A stretch of 39,046 nucleotides of DNA, taken from Dimargaris cristalligena (taxonomy: Eukaryota). Positions 34,756 to 39,046 of this stretch are shown here, piece after piece (within the stretch, counting starts at the first letter, position 1; each line of letters starts with the position of its first letter). The stretch lies in NCBI GenBank assembly GCA_003614675.1, contig ML002356.1, positions 1 through 39,046 on the forward strand, read 5' to 3'. The position numbers were made by a program, and so were the translations under genes. Below the pieces are notes generated by a model, which made no database searches, was not told where the DNA came from, and was given only the letters and a program-made list of their open reading frames with translations.

Positions 34756-37530
34756 TTACATGTGTTGGATACGTGTCCGCACTTTCTCCGCCTCCGAGAT
34801 GAAACTATGCACCAGGGTTTCGCATTGGTGGTGTAAACGATCGCATTCCTGCTGAATGGTAAACCGGATAAATTCCTCCACGGTCATATCGGCTTCTTCG
34901 GGGGTAATAATCTCCAGGAGTTGGGTGGGGTCTCGCAGAAGTAAAGTCGCTTTGGGAGGTCGAGGGGCCACTTCTGGCGAGTGCCGTTGGGTGATGTGTT
35001 TAGGCGAAGGTAGATCCACCGCCGCAATGGTAGGGAGGTTTAGTGGGGCATCCAAAGTGGGTAAAGGAACGTCCATTTCATCAATCTGGTTAGTATCTTC
35101 AAGGGAAGCGGTGGATTGTTGCGCGAGAGACGGGGGCAGAGGCGACCTGGGCGGTGTCGGCACAGGGGATATATCGGTTGAATTCATCGCCGCTTCCGTA
35201 CTTTCTTCTAGAGGAGCCGCGGCCGGAGACGAATGGGACGAGGATGCCGGTGAAGGGACCCTCGGTTCAACAGGCAGTGGCACGGGTGACGACGGTGTTT
35301 CTGAAGAGGGATCTTCGGGGATATTAGTTGCCTCTGGTACTGGAGAATCCATACTCATTTCGGATTTAGAAGGCACCTCCGCTTCAACGGCCTCAACATA
35401 CGGCACCTCTTTCTCTTTCTCATCATCCTCATCATCATCCTCTTTCTCTTCCACTGGTGCAGACACGGGACTAGCAGGATACTCAGACGAATCGGCGGAT
35501 ACTTGAGGTGGAGACGGTAGAGACAAGGGCCCGACCACAGGGGTATGAGCAACCGGCGCAACCGTCGCTGCTGAAGACCGGGTAGATCGTGTTTGGCGAC
35601 CGTGCCTAGTTTGCTTAATTGCTTGGGCGATTTCCTCCACAGCAACAGGATCTTCGGGCATTGGCCGGTCAACGACTGCGTCTGTGTCTGTGTCTGTGAC
35701 TACGACTGCGTTTGAGGTGGCAACCTTGGATTCCAGTTTAGGTAGATTGGCGGGTTCATTAGTCACTTCGGCCTCCATGATACCAGAAGCCTGGCTAGCC
35801 TTGCGAGTGCTACGTCGTTTAGGGGCCAGCGGCGGGGATACTACTTCGGTCATTTTGGTATTGTCATCCACGGCCAGGCTCGTTTCCATAATAGTGTCGT
35901 CATCCCCCGCGGAAACCGCGGGGGGTGCCATCACTGCCGCTGCTACGGCCCGCTGGAGTCGACGTTTACCCGCCGTCGCTCCTTTAGTTTTCTCCGCCGG
36001 TGGTAAAGGGGGTTTCAGTCGGTCCGGTCGAACAGGCCCCGTTTCCACCTCCATGGCCTCCAGGTCCTCTCGGTGACTACTGTGGTTCGATTCAGCGGAG
36101 GTCGTGCGTACTAATTTGCTCCGGGCCCCACGGCGACGGGTAGATTTAGTATCCACTTTGATTGGGTCCGAAGTGTATATTGATACGGAGGAATCCTCTT
36201 CGATGGGCCCAGTGGTGGGGATGGGAGGAAGGTCAGCAGGGTCAGTGCCATCCTCGAGTCGCCGATCCTTCGAGTGGGGACTGTCGTCTTGAAGGCCCTG
36301 ACTTATGGAAGGGGAGCGTTCCCGCTTACTCCGTCGCGGGGCGGTGGTGGTGGTGGTGGCGGGGCCGGTACTGGCACTCGAGGTCGCACGTTTCCGTGCC
36401 TTGTTTCCAGTTTCAGTTACCACGGCACCGGCATTGCTGGCAGCGGACGATGCCCGCGACCGGAGGGTATTAGTTGCAGGTTCTGTCGATCGACTAGTGA
36501 TACTAGCCTGGTCGGTTTCCTGATCGCTCAGGTCGGCCTTATCATCTTCCTGTACCACTATGGACGAACGGGTTGTTTTGGTAACTGTCACTGGCTGCGA
36601 GCTGTGACTAGGGTCAGCACCGGTATCCTCGACCATAGTAGAGTTGGGTTCGACTACCATCCCCACCGACCCCACGCTGGAATTCTTATTCCGAACCCGC
36701 TGGAAAAATAGACACCACGGGGATCGTTTTTTATGCTCTTTTTTGGGGTCGTCTTTTGGTTCCCAGAAATCCATGGACAAATTACAGTAGGGGCACGATG
36801 CGGCATCGTCGGATTCGGACGACGGGGAATAATAGTACCCCGCCTTGGCCATTTTTTTGACATGCACGCTCCAGCCCTTTTTATGTTCGTGGGGCCACCA
36901 GTCGCGGTAAGTGGCCATCCGGGCCGTTTCGAGCCGGGCCGTTAAGGCCTGGTTGGTTTTGCCGCCCAGGTACTTGACTTCTAGGTCCACCCGCTGGATC
37001 ACTTCGCGGGACATCGGACATACCTGTTGGCTCTCACAGACAACCGTGGCCCACGGGCAGTCGGTGGTATGACTGCGGTGCTCTTCGAAGGGGTCATCGC
37101 TGGGTTCCCAGCCATCCAGCGATTTTTGACACAGGAAACATTGGACTGCGTCGAGCGAAAGTTGCTGAGGGTTGAAAAAGAAACCGGCCTTGGCTAACTA
37201 AAAATATCGGCGGAGTTTTAAAAATAGCATTATTTTTTACAAAAGGAACGCCGGAAGTGGGAAAGGAATATTCGATACCAATATTAGTGGACCAAGTCAC
37301 ATGGGCGAGCCGTTTCGTGGAATACATATTACACAAAGAAATCTAAACAGACTAACCCGTAAAGTTAAGGTATAAACCGAGTCTATCAGTAATATAGTGG
37401 GTCCAGCTGGTAGGGTTAAAGCATATGAAGTATTTACCGTCTCAGGGGTGGCCAGGTACTCGTTAGTATTGTGGGGCCAGGGCAATTCAGCGTTGGCGAA
37501 CGATTCGAGGCGGTGCTCATATACCTGCAT
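34756..37530 (-). CDS. BIR1: Bir1/survivin-type chromosomal passenger protein with two BIR domains, about 844 aa
   Basis: Exon 1 37530-37438; exon 2 from 37197, in frame with the 752-aa ORF. BIR1: RLESF...WPH...LAKAGF...CFLC...LDGWEPSDDPFEEH...CPW. BIR2: RMATY..WWPH...MAKAGY...CPYC...WEPKDDPKKEH...C. Long disordered linker and conserved C-terminal DMTVEEFI helix. Confidence 0.93.
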
Positions 37531-38103
37531 TGCGCGAGGGATTTGAAGGCAGCCCTTAATAGGAAGCAGCGGTTGGGATGCTGGAGTAGACTGGTATAAA
37601 AGGCAAGGTGGCGTGGCAAATAGTGACTCGATAGGTGTTTTGTAGGGCGAGAGGATAGGGTGATGCCATTAAGGATAAAGGAAATATAATGAAAACCAAA
37701 AGTTTAGGATACATATATACCTAATTGACTAAAGGAATGGGAGGATACTTTGGCCCTTGGCTTAGTAGCGCCGCACTATCGATGTCCTGGATAATTGCTG
37801 TGACCACATATCCGCTACTGTACTGGATCAAAACAAAGTGGTGGCCAATTCATTTCACCCCTTGATTTGAATAAGTGTAAATAAAACGTAGATCCTGTGT
37901 ATCATCCACCCGAAAGAACTCAACGGTAGTTTATACTTATCTGCTGCTCCCAAGAAACCACGTGATACTTATTGATCTGTTATATACATAGCATACCCAT
38001 TAAACATAAAAGTCGAGTGCTACTTGGGACAGTATTTTATTAGCTAAAAAATGTAAGAACAGCTTGGTGTGAAATCACGGAAAAATCCGGCAAAAGAGTA
38101 GTA

Positions 38104-38175
38104 GGGCTTGACCGGGAATCGAACCCGGGACCTCGCCCACCCGAAGGGCGAATTATACCACTAAACCATCAAGCC
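38104..38175 (-). tRNA. tRNA-Pro(CGG)
   Basis: GGCTTGATGGTTTAGTGGTATAATTCGCCC-TT-CGG-GT-GGGCGAGGTCCCGGGTTCGATTCCCGGTCAAGCCC; 72-nt cloverleaf, no intron. Confidence 0.95.
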
Positions 38176-38329
38176 TATACTATGTTGTTGTGGCCGGACT
38201 GGGATGACCCTAGTGGCCCTATCAATATAACACTTTCTCTAGTCTCGGACCTTCCCTCCAAAAGAGGACGAGCCCCGAAAGTCTTACCGTTTCTTTAGTA
38301 TTCAAACCCATATTTCTACTATTCATTCT

Positions 38330-39046
38330 CTAACTGGGATTACAAACTTTATGACTACATACCTTAGGTATACCGTAGTCCTTTATTGATATAACTATAC
38401 AATTGCAATAGTAATAACCCATATATATAATCATGTCGTTCCCCACAGGGTGAATGGGGATTCCCTTCCAAACCTCGATTTTTCCTATATCTTTTAAGCA
38501 AATACTATTAAGCGGTCATACTGGAATTAACCTGCGACTATTACTATTACCATTACTATTACTTGGAATAAATCTAATTACCTCTATTACCATATTAAGT
38601 TATTAACATCACAACAATGTTTGTTACAATGTTGGGCAATGTAAATGGTGATAAAATAATAATATATAAGAAATAATACCCTCAGGTACTTGAAACTAAC
38701 TAAAACATAATCAAACTTCCGCAGAAGTACTACTAGGTGAATTCTTCAGCCTTGACTAAAAAGTTATTTTATTAATACGATATTCCACCAAGTATTTATA
38801 CTAAAACTCGGGGATTACAAATTAGTAGATGTTTTAAAGACTAAAGAACTAAACTCAGCTAAATAATATTAAAAGGGTTAAACTCATTTGTATAACTAAA
38901 ACAAAAGGAAAGATAAGGGTCTTCGAATTATATCATTAGTTATATATGGTAAACTATTTGTTAGCATTACTAAAACAATAGTGAAAAAAGGAGACTTTGA
39001 AATAATAATTGGATGAATAAAAAAGGTTATACTTGTTAGTATAATG
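38330..39046. repeat. AT-rich, TpA-rich degenerate sequence, probable transposon relic (left boundary approximate, runs off window)
   Basis: Drop in GC content, no ORF of 60 aa or more in any frame, very frequent TAA/TAG/TTA/CTA. Confidence 0.4.

Noticed and set aside
34856..36945. Long + strand ORFs antisense to BIR1
   Set aside because: Low-complexity shadows of the BIR1 linker.
37010..37030. Possible extra donor CAG|GTATGT between the BIR domains
   Set aside because: The frame reads through without a stop, so no intron is needed; cannot be resolved without RNA-seq.

Overview
Eukaryotic, intron-containing fungal genomic DNA with GT-AG introns of about 130-410 nt. An early-diverging (non-Dikarya) lineage is my guess and cannot be shown from the window. 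Left third: a 6-exon Ku80 gene (-), then an intronless DDI1-like retropepsin/UBA gene (-) whose 5' end is interrupted by a 1.68-kb, almost CpG-free insertion with a 5-bp target-site duplication. Middle: three tandem small Ser/Ala/Thr-rich GPI-anchor-type secreted proteins separated by long CCAAT-rich intergenic DNA, followed by an orphan ORF. Right half: a dense housekeeping block (NTF2/SnoaL-like protein, Dsc2/UBAC2, translin, ACOT13-like thioesterase, HUT1, tRNA-Leu(TAA), TVP23, CSL4, BIR1, tRNA-Pro(CGG)), ending in an AT/TpA-rich degenerate repeat. The most notable unannotated structures are a 136-bp MITE-like family (two full copies of identical length with ATAT flanks plus one inverted partial copy) and the hypermutated insertion in DDI1, which may supply a TATA box to a UBL-less protease ORF. 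All spliced models were derived by hand; no searches were run.
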